64,000 nt of DNA from an uncultured bacterium (GTDB lineage: Bacteria; Bacillota_I; Bacilli_A; RFN20; CAG-826), in NCBI GenBank assembly GCA_949291375.1, contig CASEVI010000003.1, positions 14,224 through 78,223 of the forward strand, given 5' to 3'. This document shows, piece by piece, positions 47,798 to 59,129 of this stretch (within the stretch, counting starts at the first letter, position 1; every line of letters starts with the position of its first letter). Under the pieces are notes generated by a model, which was not told the origin of the DNA, made no database searches, and was given only the letters and a program-made list of their open reading frames with translations. Made by a program: the position numbers and the translations under genes.

Positions 47798-48597
47798 AAA
47801 TAAAACCTCCTCAACTTTCTATAAACTTTTTTGTTCTTTATTATTATATCTATTTTTAACTAAAAAATTTAAACTAATTTATTATAAACAATGACAATTT
47901 ATTAAATTAATCATATTTAGTAGGATCTAAATAAATATTTTTAATAATAAAAAAGTCAAATTTTTAAGAATTAAAAGTAAAAAAATAGTCTAAAAAATTT
48001 TTTACTATATTTTTAATGTGTTATTTATTGCTAACAAACATAAAAAAATCGTCAATATAAAAGTTTAAATAATATTAATAATAAATTTATTTTAGTCATT
48101 TCATAAATATCATTTTTTTAATATTTACTATATTAATTAAAAAATATGAATTTAAATAGAGAAGCAACAGTATAAGAGGTATATACCAACTAAAAAACTA
48201 CTAAATGAGTATATATGTATTTTTTACATATACCATTTTATTACTAAAGTTTTAATTTTAAATAATAAAATTATAAAAAATTATAATCAATCTATATTAA
48301 TAGGAAGTTATGAAAAATATGCTAAGTTTCATATTTTATAAGCAAAAATAGGTTAGATTCCAATTTAAAAAGAACGGACTTGTCAATTTAAAAATATGAA
48401 AAAATTAACCTCTACTTTTGTCAAAAAAATGAGGTCTTTTTTTTAAATTTTTTGATCAAAAATTACATTGATTTATTTTAAAAATATTGTATAGATCACC
48501 ATAAAATTTTTATATTTTTTTTGCAGCTAAAAAATGTAAAATTAACTTGATTAAAAATAAATAGTAATTTTTACTTTATGCTCTTATAATATAAGTT

Positions 48598-48957
48598 ATG
48601 AAATTGCAAGACATGTTAAAAATATTAAGAACATCAAAAGGGCTAACCCAAAAACAAGTTGCTTCTACTCTTAATATTAATCAATATAATTTATCTGATT
48701 ATGAGACTGGTAGAGCTGAGCCTGACATCAATACACTTATAAAACTAGCTGATCTTTATGAAGTGACGATTGATGATATGCTCAGTCACAATGTCGATTA
48801 TTCTATCAAGAGTTCTTCTACTATTGCTGTTGAAGAATATATTAAAGATTTGCATACTTTAAAAATTATAAGGAGAATCCAATCATTAACCGACACTGAA
48901 AAAGAACAACTTTATACAATTATCGACTCGACTTGTAAAAGCTTTTTTAAGAAGTAA
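48598..48957 (+). CDS. XRE-family HTH transcriptional regulator
   Basis: LTQKQVASTLNINQYNLSDYETG. Confidence 0.65.
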   Translation: MKLQDMLKILRTSKGLTQKQVASTLNINQYNLSDYETGRAEPDINTLIKLADLYEVTIDDMLSHNVDYSIKSSSTIAVEEYIKDLHTLKIIRRIQSLTDTEKEQLYTIIDSTCKSFFKK

Positions 48958-48969
48958 TTTTATTTTTGA

Positions 48970-49590
48970 TTGACGAAATTTATTATTATGAAAAACTTTT
49001 TTAAACATTTAAAAATTATTAATTCTCATCGCTTTAAAGTAATGAAATTTTGTATTAAAGCAGGTATACCTATAAATGGCTTTAAGCATGATTTATCTAA
49101 ATATTCTAAAGCTGAATTTTTGTCTAGTTGTAAATATTTTCAAGGTACTTATTCTCCAATAGTTGAAGAAAGAAAACATAACTTTGGATATAGTGAAATA
49201 TCGATACATCATACAAATAAAAATAAACACCATTATGAATATTGGATCGATACTTATAAAGGAAGACTGCTAATTAAGCCAATGCCTTTTAAATATAATT
49301 TAGAGTATTGCTTAGATATGATTTCAGCTTCAATGACCTACCATAAAAAAGATTTTAAAAGAGATTTCGTTTTAAATTTTTTTATTGAAAGAGAATCTAA
49401 TTATTTGATGCATCCAGCAAGTAAAGAATTTGTTATTTATTGCTTAAATGAATATGCCAATAACAATTTTAAAAATATTAAAGCTAAAAAATTAAAACCT
49501 ATTTATGATGAAATAATTAAAAAATATGATCATACTTATTTTATTGAAACAGAGTTTGAAAAATTAAAAATTAAAAATGGAAAAGAATAA
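48970..49590 (+). CDS. hypothetical protein (206 aa)
   Basis: ORF overlapping the next gene by 14 nt. Confidence 0.5.
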   Translation: MTKFIIMKNFFKHLKIINSHRFKVMKFCIKAGIPINGFKHDLSKYSKAEFLSSCKYFQGTYSPIVEERKHNFGYSEISIHHTNKNKHHYEYWIDTYKGRLLIKPMPFKYNLEYCLDMISASMTYHKKDFKRDFVLNFFIERESNYLMHPASKEFVIYCLNEYANNNFKNIKAKKLKPIYDEIIKKYDHTYFIETEFEKLKIKNGKE

Positions 49591-50371
49591 TTATTTAATA
49601 TCTCGCATACATGATTTAGCTTTAAGAAGTAATAATAATTTTATAATTACATCTACTTCTTTTTTATCTTTAAGCGAACAATCTGTTTTTTTAAAAGAAC
49701 ATTCTTCTTTAAATAAAGAATTTAATAATGAATTAGTCTTTTTACTTTTTGGCGGAAATAAAGAAGAAAGCGACCGTAAAGTTCTTTTTATTTATAATAA
49801 AGAAATTACCCAAAAAGAACTTAATCAATATATAAATGAAGAAATTTCCTTATTATTAATAACTCCAAAAAATGAAAAATATTCTGATAAATTTACACAT
49901 CGTGATATTCTAGGTTCTTTGATGAACCTAGGAATTAAAAGAGAAACTATTGGTGATATTTTAATTGATTCAAACTCTATGAATACAAGCACTGTTTTTG
50001 TTTTATCTTCAATTAAAAACGAAATAATAAATAACTTAACGACTATTAAACATACATTGGTAAATGCTAAAGAAATACCATTAACTTCATCGCCATTTAA
50101 ATTAAATTTTAAAATCATCGATATTTATGTCTCTTCTCTTAGAATTGATAACATAATTAAAGAAGTTTTTAACCTTTCTAGAGAAGAAAGCAAAGAACTG
50201 ATTTTAAAAGAATGTGTATTTATTAATGGTGAAGCAAAATTAAACCCATCATACATATTAAAAAAAGATGAAAGAGTTTCTATTAAAGGAAAAGGAAAAT
50301 TTATCTTTCTTGATGACTCAATAATTAATAAAAAAGGGAGATATCATACAAAAATTAAAAAATATGCCTAA
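49577..50371 (+). CDS. S4-domain RNA-binding protein (YlmH-like)
   Basis: C-terminal S4 motif SSLRIDNIIKEVFNLSREESKELILKECVFINGE. Confidence 0.55.
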   Translation: MEKNNYLISRIHDLALRSNNNFIITSTSFLSLSEQSVFLKEHSSLNKEFNNELVFLLFGGNKEESDRKVLFIYNKEITQKELNQYINEEISLLLITPKNEKYSDKFTHRDILGSLMNLGIKRETIGDILIDSNSMNTSTVFVLSSIKNEIINNLTTIKHTLVNAKEIPLTSSPFKLNFKIIDIYVSSLRIDNIIKEVFNLSREESKELILKECVFINGEAKLNPSYILKKDERVSIKGKGKFIFLDDSIINKKGRYHTKIKKYA

Positions 50372-50448
50372 ATATATTTTTTTATTCATACATACTTACT
50401 TTAAAAAAATCCTTTAAATAGTAAAATAAACATAGCGAGGTTATAAAA

Positions 50449-52338
50449 ATGGAAACGGAGTTTAATGAAAATGTTCGTATACAGGATGATTTATATAATT
50501 ATGTAAATGGCAAATGGATTGAAAAGGCTAAGATCCCAGATGATTTACCAGCGACTGGTGGATTTATTGATTTAGATATTGATGTTGAAAAAACCATGCT
50601 TAAAGAATTTGATGAATTAAGTAAAAATAAAGTCGATGATAAATTATTAAACTACGCAATAACTCTTTATAAAAAAGTTTTAGATGAAGAAAATAGAAAA
50701 AAAGGATTAACTTCTTTATTAAAAGGTGTTCAAACTTTTGACAAGATTAAAACTAAAGATGACTTTTTAAATAATATTTATGAAATATGGAGTTTTTCTC
50801 AACCACTTCCTTTTGCAAGTTTTGTAAGCGAAGATATGAAAGAAGCAACAAAATATGCTCTTTACTTTAATGCACCTTCTTTGATTTTACCTGATAAAAC
50901 TATGTATTCTTCACCAAGTGCCGAAGCGTTATTAAATATTTATAAAAATATGGCTTTAGCAGTTTTAACTACATTAAAAATAGAAAATGCTGAAGAACTT
51001 CTTTCAAAAACTATTTATTTTGATGCAAAACTTTCAAAAATTGTAAAATCAAGTGAAGAAATGGCTGATTATATTAAATGCTATAATCCTTATTCATATA
51101 AAAAAGTATCTGAATTAATGGATTTAAATTTAGATGATTTTATGATTAAAAGATTTGGGCAAATACCAGAAACAATTGTTGTTTATGATCCAAATTTTTT
51201 AAAAAACTTTAAAACTTTAATGGAAAATAGTTATGAAGAATATGCTTCGTGGGCAAAAGTTAAATCAATTGTTGGAGATGTTCAACTTATTTCCGAAGAA
51301 TTAAGAGCTCTATCGAGTCAATATTCAAATGCTTTAAGAGGAACTAGCGAAGTTACAGCTTTAAATAAATATGCTTATCGAATAGTAAATTCTTTTTATG
51401 ATGAAGTTATTGGGATTTATTATGGTAAAAAATATTTTGGAGAAGAAGCTAAAAAAGATGTTATAGATTTAGTTAAAAATTTAATTCAAACATATAAAAA
51501 TAGATTATCTAATAACACTTGGCTATCAAAAGATACAATTAAAAAAGCAATTTTAAAACTTGATACAATGAAAATAAAAATTGGTTATCCTGATAAAATA
51601 AGCGAACTTTATACGAAACTAGAATTTGATGAAAATGAGTCTTTATTTGAAATCGTTACTAAATTAACAAAAATTAAAAACGAATATAATAGTTCACTTC
51701 TTTTTAAACCAGTTGATAAATCTTTATGGGTAATGAGTGGAAATACGGTCAATGCTTGTTATAATCCTTCTAGTAATGACATTACCTTCCCAGCAGCAAT
51801 TTTAAGAAAACCATTCTATTCTCTTTCTCAAAGTGTGGAAGAAAATTATGGAGGAATCGGCTGCGTTATTGGTCATGAAATTTCCCATGCCTTTGATAAT
51901 AATGGTGCTCAAATGGATGAAAACGGAAATATTAATAATTGGTGGAGTAAAGAAGATTATGATAACTTCAAAAATAAAACCGAATTAATGATTGAAGAAT
52001 TTGATGAACTTCCTTTAAATGGAGAAAAGGTAAATGGTAAACTTACCGTAAGTGAAAATATCGCTGATAATGGTGGAATTACCTCTTCTATTGAATCACT
52101 TAAAAGAATAAAAGAAAATCCAGATTTTCAAAAATTCTTTATTAACTATGCTCGTATTTGGTGTATCAAACAAAGAGAAGAATACACTAAATTACTCTTA
52201 ACTGTTGATGTTCATGGTCCAGCTTATTATCGAGCCAATATGCAAGTTAGAAACTTTAAAGAGTTTTATGATGCATTTAATGTAAAAGAAGCAGATAAAA
52301 TGTATTTAGAGCCTTCTAAACGTGTAATAATTTGGTAA
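50449..52338 (+). CDS. M13-family zinc endopeptidase (PepO/neprilysin-like)
   Basis: VIGHEISHAFD (HExxH) and GENIADNGG motifs. Confidence 0.85.
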   Translation: METEFNENVRIQDDLYNYVNGKWIEKAKIPDDLPATGGFIDLDIDVEKTMLKEFDELSKNKVDDKLLNYAITLYKKVLDEENRKKGLTSLLKGVQTFDKIKTKDDFLNNIYEIWSFSQPLPFASFVSEDMKEATKYALYFNAPSLILPDKTMYSSPSAEALLNIYKNMALAVLTTLKIENAEELLSKTIYFDAKLSKIVKSSEEMADYIKCYNPYSYKKVSELMDLNLDDFMIKRFGQIPETIVVYDPNFLKNFKTLMENSYEEYASWAKVKSIVGDVQLISEELRALSSQYSNALRGTSEVTALNKYAYRIVNSFYDEVIGIYYGKKYFGEEAKKDVIDLVKNLIQTYKNRLSNNTWLSKDTIKKAILKLDTMKIKIGYPDKISELYTKLEFDENESLFEIVTKLTKIKNEYNSSLLFKPVDKSLWVMSGNTVNACYNPSSNDITFPAAILRKPFYSLSQSVEENYGGIGCVIGHEISHAFDNNGAQMDENGNINNWWSKEDYDNFKNKTELMIEEFDELPLNGEKVNGKLTVSENIADNGGITSSIESLKRIKENPDFQKFFINYARIWCIKQREEYTKLLLTVDVHGPAYYRANMQVRNFKEFYDAFNVKEADKMYLEPSKRVIIW

Positions 52339-52379
52339 TAAAATAAAAAATTCGACTTCATTGTTAGAAGTTGAATTTT

Positions 52380-52870
52380 TTATTTAACAACAACATTAAT
52401 TTTATTAATAAAATAATCAATAATTACTTCTTTATCAAATGTAATCATGTTTTCTAAATTTATAGCATTTATTTTATAAAATTTCATCTCTAAACTTTCT
52501 AAATCATGCTGTTTAATGAAAATATCCTTACTATTTACTTTTATTAAAAAAACTATATCAGCGTAATAAGTAATATTCGTTATTTGTATAAATAAATTCC
52601 CATTTTCTCCACTATAAATACCAATGATTTAATGGTTTTTAACTATATTTAAATCTATTCCAGTTTCTTCTTTTATTTCTCAATATTAACCATCAATTAT
52701 CTTTTCACCAATATTTAAAGCTCCACCTGAAAAAAAGTTTATTATTATCACTCCTTGTTTTTAACAAAACTTCTTCTTTTTCATTTATTATTAAAGAAGA
52801 AACCGCAATAGCCTTAATTTCTTTATGACCTACTAAAGAATATATATTTAATACTTTAAAAACTTTTAGT
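52380..52870 (-). pseudogene. NUDIX hydrolase pseudogene (frameshift plus in-frame stops)
   Basis: Minus-strand fragments VGHKEIKAIAVSSLIINEKEEVLLKTRSDNNKLFF and GGALNIGEKIIDG*YWEIKEETGIDL (Nudix box) lie in different frames and are interrupted by stops. Confidence 0.5.
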
Positions 52871-52986
52871 GTTTAAATCAAAATAACAATTAAACTTAAT
52901 TATATACATGATGAGTCGAATACCGCCATCATTTATTAATATTAACCCATTAAAAAAACACGATAAATATCGTGCTAATGTAATAT

Positions 52987-53063
52987 TTGGCGCGCTAGGC
53001 AGGAGTCGAACCCGCAACCTCTTGGTTCGTAGCCAAACACTCTATCCAGTTGAGCTACTAGCG
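52987..53063 (-). tRNA. tRNA-Arg (anticodon ACG)
   Basis: Acceptor GCGCTAG/CTAGCGC, D-arm GCTC-AACTGGATA-GAGT, anticodon loop CTACGAA, T-arm GCGGG-TTCGACT-CCTGC, G-CCA. Confidence 0.8.
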
Positions 53064-53177
53064 CATTAATGCCTAATAATAATAAGATAAAATATCAAAA
53101 ATATCAATAAAATAAACAAAAACCTCTAATTTTTAAGGGGCTTAATAATAAACTAGAGGTTTGTTTATTTATTAAAG

Positions 53178-53558
53178 CTATTTAATTTCAATAGCTTTAA
53201 CACTCTTTTCAGTTTTCTTATGTAAAATGACTTTTAATACACCATCGCTATAAGAAGCTTCAATGTTATTAACATCAACATCATTGAACATATATGATCT
53301 TGAGTAAGAACCATAGAATCTTTCTTTTCTTAAATATTTCTTATTAGAATGTTCATTTTCACTTTCTTTATAAGAAACTTTTAAATAATTATCGTTATAA
53401 TCGAGGTGAATATTTTCCTTTTTAGCACCTGGCATATCAATAAAGAGAATATAACAATCAGGATCTTCGATTACATCAGTTTTCAAAAGATTTGATCTTG
53501 AATGTCTCCCATCATTGAAAAATGCATCATAGAAATCATCGTATAAATCGTAAGCCAT
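53178..53558 (-). CDS. Hsp20/alpha-crystallin small heat-shock protein
   Basis: Alpha-crystallin domain pattern ...GVLKVILHKK... Confidence 0.75.
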   Translation of the reverse strand: MAYDLYDDFYDAFFNDGRHSRSNLLKTDVIEDPDCYILFIDMPGAKKENIHLDYNDNYLKVSYKESENEHSNKKYLRKERFYGSYSRSYMFNDVDVNNIEASYSDGVLKVILHKKTEKSVKAIEIK

Positions 53559-53705
53559 AAATTAATCCTCCTAATAAATTAAATCTAATTTATTGTTTAG
53601 CACTCTTATTTCTCAAGTGCTAACTATATTATAAGAACCTTTTTAGCACTGTCAAGTGGTATCTGCTAAAAATTTAACTTTTCTTTTAGCCTCTCTTTTT
53701 TTCAA

Positions 53706-55487
53706 TTGCTTATACTTATATATAAGTATAAAATAATTTCAATGTTTAAATTATTGTTTAAATTCATTAAACCATATAAAAAAGATTTTATAGTTTCTGT
53801 AATTACAATCGTTATTGAATCGCTACTTGAAATTTCTTGTCCATATCTTATGTCAATGCTTTTAGAATATGGAATTATTCAAAGTGGAGAAACATATATC
53901 ATTGATAATGAGATAGTAATTTTATTATCCTGCTTAATGGTACTTTTTGGAATTTTAGCTTTTATAAGTGGATTATTTTTTGCAAAATACGTTGCTAGAT
54001 TTTCAAAGGGTGTCGGCTATGAAATTAGAAAAGAAGAATATTTAAAATTAAAAGAATATTCATTTCATAACTTGGACTCAGTTTCTGCTTCTTCTCTTTT
54101 AACAAGATTAACAAGTGATGTCAATATTATTGCAGATACCGTTTCAAATTCATTTAGACCTATGTTTAGAGCACCGGTTATGTTAGTTGCTACTTTAACA
54201 ATTTCTGCAATTACTTCTCCAATTCTTTCATGTGTATTTTTTATAACAGTTCCAATTTTAGCCATTATCATGGTTGTTATTGTTAAATATGTCAAACCAA
54301 GATTTTTAAAGATTCAAAAAATCGTCGATAGAATGAATAGAAATACAAAAGAATCAATTGTTGCTATAAAAACAATTAAGAGTTATGTAAAAGAAGATTT
54401 TGAAATTAATAAATTTAAAAAAATTAATGATGATTCGAGAAAATCTTCAAATGATGCAATGGGAGCAAATGGTTTAATGATGCCTGCTCAAGAATTAGTT
54501 TTATATTCTACAATCGTTGGAATTCTTTATCTAGGTGGATACTTGGCTCTTAAACCTGATTATGCAAATATTGTCGTTAATATTGCAATGTTTTTAACAT
54601 ATGTAACTCAACTTTTAGCCACGGTTCAAATGTTAACTAATGTTACATTAAATTTAAATAGGGCTGAAGCATCTGTTACACGTGTTGAAGAATTATTTAA
54701 AGTTAATAGTGAAATTAAAGAAAAATCATCAAAATTAAAAGTCTTGAATGGAGATATTGAATTTAAAAATGTATCTTTCTCGTATTTTAATGATAAAAAT
54801 TATGTTTTAAATAATGTTTCTTTAAAAATTAAAAGCGGCTCTTTTGTTGGAATTGTTGGTCAAACAGGTTCCTCTAAAACAACTTTAATCAATCTTTTAT
54901 TAAGATTTTATGATGTAAGTGAAGGAAATGTTTTAATTGGAGATCATGATGTAAGAGATTATCCAATTCATGAATTAAGAAGAAATATTTCTGTTTCCTT
55001 CCAAAATCCATTTCTTTTTAATGACACAGTTTTAAATAATATTAAATGGGGTAATAAAGAAGCAACTATGGACGAAGTTATAAACGCTGCAAAAATTGCT
55101 TGTGCTTATGATTTTATAACCAATGATTTAGAAAATGGATTTAATACCATGATTGCTGAAGGCGGAACCAATCTTTCTGGTGGACAAAGACAAAGAGTAT
55201 GTTTAGCAAGAGCAATTTTAATGCATCCTAAAGTTTTAATTTTAGATGATTCTTTCTCAGCTTTAGATAGAATTACAGAAGCTAAAGTTAAGGAAAATTT
55301 GAAAAATACTTTACCTGACGTTACAAAAATTGTTATCTCACAAAAAATTTCGACGATTAAAGATAGCGATGAAATTATAGTTTTAGAAAAAGGAAACATT
55401 TCTAATATTGGTAATCATAAATTCTTAGCTAAAAATGATCCAATCTATAAAGATATAAATAATATTCAAAACGAGGGGCTAGAATAA
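53706..55487 (+). CDS. ABC transporter permease/ATPase fusion (exporter subunit 1)
   Basis: Six TM plus NBD; Walker A GQTGSSKTT; signature LSGGQRQRVCLARA. Confidence 0.85.
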   Translation: MLILIYKYKIISMFKLLFKFIKPYKKDFIVSVITIVIESLLEISCPYLMSMLLEYGIIQSGETYIIDNEIVILLSCLMVLFGILAFISGLFFAKYVARFSKGVGYEIRKEEYLKLKEYSFHNLDSVSASSLLTRLTSDVNIIADTVSNSFRPMFRAPVMLVATLTISAITSPILSCVFFITVPILAIIMVVIVKYVKPRFLKIQKIVDRMNRNTKESIVAIKTIKSYVKEDFEINKFKKINDDSRKSSNDAMGANGLMMPAQELVLYSTIVGILYLGGYLALKPDYANIVVNIAMFLTYVTQLLATVQMLTNVTLNLNRAEASVTRVEELFKVNSEIKEKSSKLKVLNGDIEFKNVSFSYFNDKNYVLNNVSLKIKSGSFVGIVGQTGSSKTTLINLLLRFYDVSEGNVLIGDHDVRDYPIHELRRNISVSFQNPFLFNDTVLNNIKWGNKEATMDEVINAAKIACAYDFITNDLENGFNTMIAEGGTNLSGGQRQRVCLARAILMHPKVLILDDSFSALDRITEAKVKENLKNTLPDVTKIVISQKISTIKDSDEIIVLEKGNISNIGNHKFLAKNDPIYKDINNIQNEGLE

Positions 55488-55488
55488 T

Positions 55489-57297
55489 ATGGAAAAAAAT
55501 AAAAGATATAAAAACAGCTTCCAAACTTTATGGAGATTATTGGGTTATTTTAAAGGACATAGAATTTTATTCTTTTTTGTCATTATTCTAGTTATCTATA
55601 CTTCTTTTGCCCAAATTTATGGAACTTTTATGTTAAAAGATATAATCGCAAATGGAATTCAAGCAAAAGATTATAATTATTTAATCATTAACACATCTTA
55701 TATGGCCTTAGTTTATCTTTTTGGATGTTTGGCAAATTTAACTTACACCCAAATAATGATAAGACTTTCCCAAAGAGTTATTTTTAAAATAAGAGAAGAT
55801 TTAATTAAAAAAGTTTTAGCTCTTCCTGTCTCATATTTTGATTCAAGACAAGCCGGTGAAATTATGAGTTATTTCACAAACGATGTTGATTCAACAATAA
55901 ATGCTTTAAATCAATCATTAGCAAATATCATATTTTCATTATGTAATATTATCGGAACGCTTTTAGGAATGTATTTAATAAACTTATATTTAGCATTAAT
56001 TGCAACTGCTATTGTTGCAACAATCGTTATCTTTATCGTTGTTAATTCTAAAAAATGTCGTAAATATTATCGTAAGCAACAAGAATCATTATCAATATTA
56101 AATGGTTGTATCGAAGAAGATTTAAGAGGAATTAAAGTTAACAAAGCTTTTGAACATGAAGAAGATTCATATAAAACATTTTTAAAGAAAAACGCTGATT
56201 GGCGTGACTCATCAACATCAGCTTTCTTCCACACAATGTTAAATACTCCATTTATTGTTTCGTTATCTTATTTAAACTTTGCTATATGCTCTATTGTTGG
56301 AATTCTTTTTATTTCTAATGGTTTACTAAAAGAAGGGATTGCGGCTTTGTCACCATTTTTAATTTATGTTAGACAAAGCGCTCAACCATTTAACTTTTTT
56401 ACAGTTCATTTTAATACAATTTTAAATGCTTTAGCTGGTTCAGAAAGAATTTTTGAATTTTTAGATTTACCTGAAGAAAAAGAAAAAGATAAAGGATATA
56501 TTAAACTTGTTAAAATCAATGATTCTTATTATTGGGAAAAAAGTCAAACTGAACATCTTCCTTTAGAAGGAAATATCGTATTTGACCATGTAAAATTTGG
56601 ATATGAAAAAGATAAAATTGTTTTAGATGATATTTCTTTTTATGCAAAACAAGGCCAAAAAATTGCTTTTGTTGGTTCAACTGGGGCTGGAAAAACAACT
56701 ATTATTTCTTTAATTACAAGATTTTATGATATAAATGAAGGAACCATTACTTATGATGGTATAAATATCTTTGATATTAAACTTGAATCATTAAGAAGAG
56801 CTACTTCCATGGTTACTCAAGATACACATTTATTTAACGATACTATTTTAAATAACATTAAGTATCCTCGTATGCATTCAACAATTGATGAAGTTAAAGA
56901 AGCTGCTAGAATTGGTGGAGCAGATCATTTTATTTCAAAATTAAAAGATAATTATGAAACACTTTTATATGATGATGGTATTAATTTAAGCGAAGGCGAA
57001 AGACAACTTCTTTCTCTTGCCAGAGCAGCTATTTCTCATCCTCCATTATTAATCTTAGATGAAGCAACTTCTAACATTGATACACGTACTGAAAAAATTG
57101 TCGAAAAATCAATGGATAAATTAATGGAAAATAGAACAGTCTTAGTAATTGCGCATCGTCTTTCGACAGTTAGAGATGCTAATGCAATATTAGTTCTTGA
57201 TCATGGAAAGATTATAGAAAGAGGAAACCATGAACAATTATTAAAAATGAAAGGAAGATATTATTCATTATATAATGGAAGTATTGAATTAGAATAA
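55489..57297 (+). CDS. ABC transporter permease/ATPase fusion (exporter subunit 2)
   Basis: Walker A GSTGAGKTT; signature LSEGERQLLSLARA; heterodimer partner. Confidence 0.85.
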   Translation: MEKNKRYKNSFQTLWRLLGYFKGHRILFFFVIILVIYTSFAQIYGTFMLKDIIANGIQAKDYNYLIINTSYMALVYLFGCLANLTYTQIMIRLSQRVIFKIREDLIKKVLALPVSYFDSRQAGEIMSYFTNDVDSTINALNQSLANIIFSLCNIIGTLLGMYLINLYLALIATAIVATIVIFIVVNSKKCRKYYRKQQESLSILNGCIEEDLRGIKVNKAFEHEEDSYKTFLKKNADWRDSSTSAFFHTMLNTPFIVSLSYLNFAICSIVGILFISNGLLKEGIAALSPFLIYVRQSAQPFNFFTVHFNTILNALAGSERIFEFLDLPEEKEKDKGYIKLVKINDSYYWEKSQTEHLPLEGNIVFDHVKFGYEKDKIVLDDISFYAKQGQKIAFVGSTGAGKTTIISLITRFYDINEGTITYDGINIFDIKLESLRRATSMVTQDTHLFNDTILNNIKYPRMHSTIDEVKEAARIGGADHFISKLKDNYETLLYDDGINLSEGERQLLSLARAAISHPPLLILDEATSNIDTRTEKIVEKSMDKLMENRTVLVIAHRLSTVRDANAILVLDHGKIIERGNHEQLLKMKGRYYSLYNGSIELE

Positions 57298-57322
57298 AAA
57301 AGGCTAGGTCTTTCCTAGCCTT

Positions 57323-57964
57323 TTATTCATCTTTACTATCTCTTATATCAATAATGTCAGCATCGATAGCATTTTCTTTTCCTTTAAATCCGATAATTTT
57401 CTTTTCTTCATCTTTATCTATTTTATTTTTATCAATAAGTTTAACAATTATCTCTATTAATGAAGATACTCCAATAAGTAAGAGTAAAACTCCAAATAAT
57501 ATGGCAACTATTTCATTAAATTCATCAATAAAAAACATTAAAGTAATTCCTAAGGTTACAAAAATAATCCCAACTACTAAATTAATAATGTAATATTTAT
57601 CTTTATTAAATTTAGCAAAAGAGAATATTTTACTAAACCCACTTAATAATAGATAAATAATTAAAAGAATAGGTAAAATTGAAACAAGTAATGATGGATT
57701 AATTAAAAAAGTAATCCCAAAACATAAAGAAATTACAGAGATAATAATTGAGAAAATCGATGAAAATAAAAAACTTGAAGTAATTAAAGCTAATATAATT
57801 CCTAAAAGTCCAACAATAATTAAAATTGATCCAGCGATTATTCCTATAGAATTAACAAAAAATGATGGAAGAATTATAAATACCAACCCTAAAATAATTA
57901 AAATGGCATCAAAAATAATCTTTCCTAGATTATTTTTTAAAGTTTTCTTAAATGATTTATACAT
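57323..57964 (-). CDS. polytopic membrane protein (213 aa)
   Basis: Hydrophobic throughout; terminator AAAGGCTAGG-tcttt-CCTAGCCTTTT at 57300-57330. Confidence 0.55.
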   Translation of the reverse strand: MYKSFKKTLKNNLGKIIFDAILIILGLVFIILPSFFVNSIGIIAGSILIIVGLLGIILALITSSFLFSSIFSIIISVISLCFGITFLINPSLLVSILPILLIIYLLLSGFSKIFSFAKFNKDKYYIINLVVGIIFVTLGITLMFFIDEFNEIVAILFGVLLLLIGVSSLIEIIVKLIDKNKIDKDEEKKIIGFKGKENAIDADIIDIRDSKDE

Positions 57965-58410
57965 TTTCTTTTCTCCTTAACAATAAGTTTTATTTACAAA
58001 ATTTAAAAAATATCATTAATCCTTTTATAAATACCAAATTTTATTTTTAAATAAGCAAATTTAATTATTTTTATCTTATAAACTAATAATAGCTTCATCT
58101 AATAATTAAAACTTACACTAATATTATAAACCCAAAAGAGATTTATTAAAAAATTAACGCTAATAATAAAGTCAAAGTAAAAAATTAAACTCTTATTTCA
58201 TTTGAAAGTTCTTTTCTTTTATTCAAAATGATAAAAATATTTTTGCAATTTTTAAATCACTTTTTTAACTTTTATTGAATATTTTTTGAAACTTGAAGCA
58301 TTCTTGTATGTTACTAGGGATGGGATTCCAATTATTATAAAAATCCCATTTTTATAATATATATTTGTTATACTAATATATATTCTTTTAAAAAGATGCA
58401 AATTATCCTT

Positions 58411-59127
58411 TTATTCTTTAACTCGATTTACATCTAAATTTTCAAACGTTATGGAATCAGCAAATCTTTTGGCTAATTCCAAAGATTCTTCATTATTTAT
58501 CGTCCAAGTTAAAACTAATCTTTTTTTATTCATTTTTTTATACTTTTTGTCTTTAAAGAAAGTATATTCAACATCTAATCCTTCAAATAAGTGTCTCAAA
58601 CAATATAAATATTTTCTTTTATAAAGTAACAGAAGACAGCGAATATATTTTTCTTTTTTAAAAGGTAATAAACATTGCGGATAAAATGAAATTAAAATAA
58701 CATTCCTCTTATCTTTAATTTCATTTAAAGTAGAAACGACTTTTTTAGCCAATTCCTTATAATTCCTCTTATATGGTTTTAATTCAATAACCATTGGAAC
58801 TTTCTCTTCATTTAGTTCTAATACTTCATCTAATGTAGGAATATTAGTCTTATCACTTAGATGATAATTGTTTTTAATTTCTTCCAAAGTCAATTCTTCG
58901 ATTATACCTTCTTTTCCAGTAACTCTTTTTAATGTTGAATCGTGACAAACAATTAATTTTTTATCTTTTGAAAGATGAACATCTAATTCAAAAGCAAAAT
59001 CGTTATCAATAGCATTTTTAAAAGCTAAAATTGAATTTTCAGAGTAAACTTCATTATGAAGTCCTCGATGAGCAATGCCTTTTAAAAATTTAGGATTTAT
59101 AAGCGTTAAAACTTTATTCTTTTCCAT
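58411..59127 (-). CDS. glycerophosphodiester phosphodiesterase (GDPD)
   Basis: GIAHRG...ENS..AF...ELDVHLSKDKKLIVCHDSTL. Confidence 0.8.
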   Translation of the reverse strand: MEKNKVLTLINPKFLKGIAHRGLHNEVYSENSILAFKNAIDNDFAFELDVHLSKDKKLIVCHDSTLKRVTGKEGIIEELTLEEIKNNYHLSDKTNIPTLDEVLELNEEKVPMVIELKPYKRNYKELAKKVVSTLNEIKDKRNVILISFYPQCLLPFKKEKYIRCLLLLYKRKYLYCLRHLFEGLDVEYTFFKDKKYKKMNKKRLVLTWTINNEESLELAKRFADSITFENLDVNRVKE

Positions 59128-59129
59128 AA

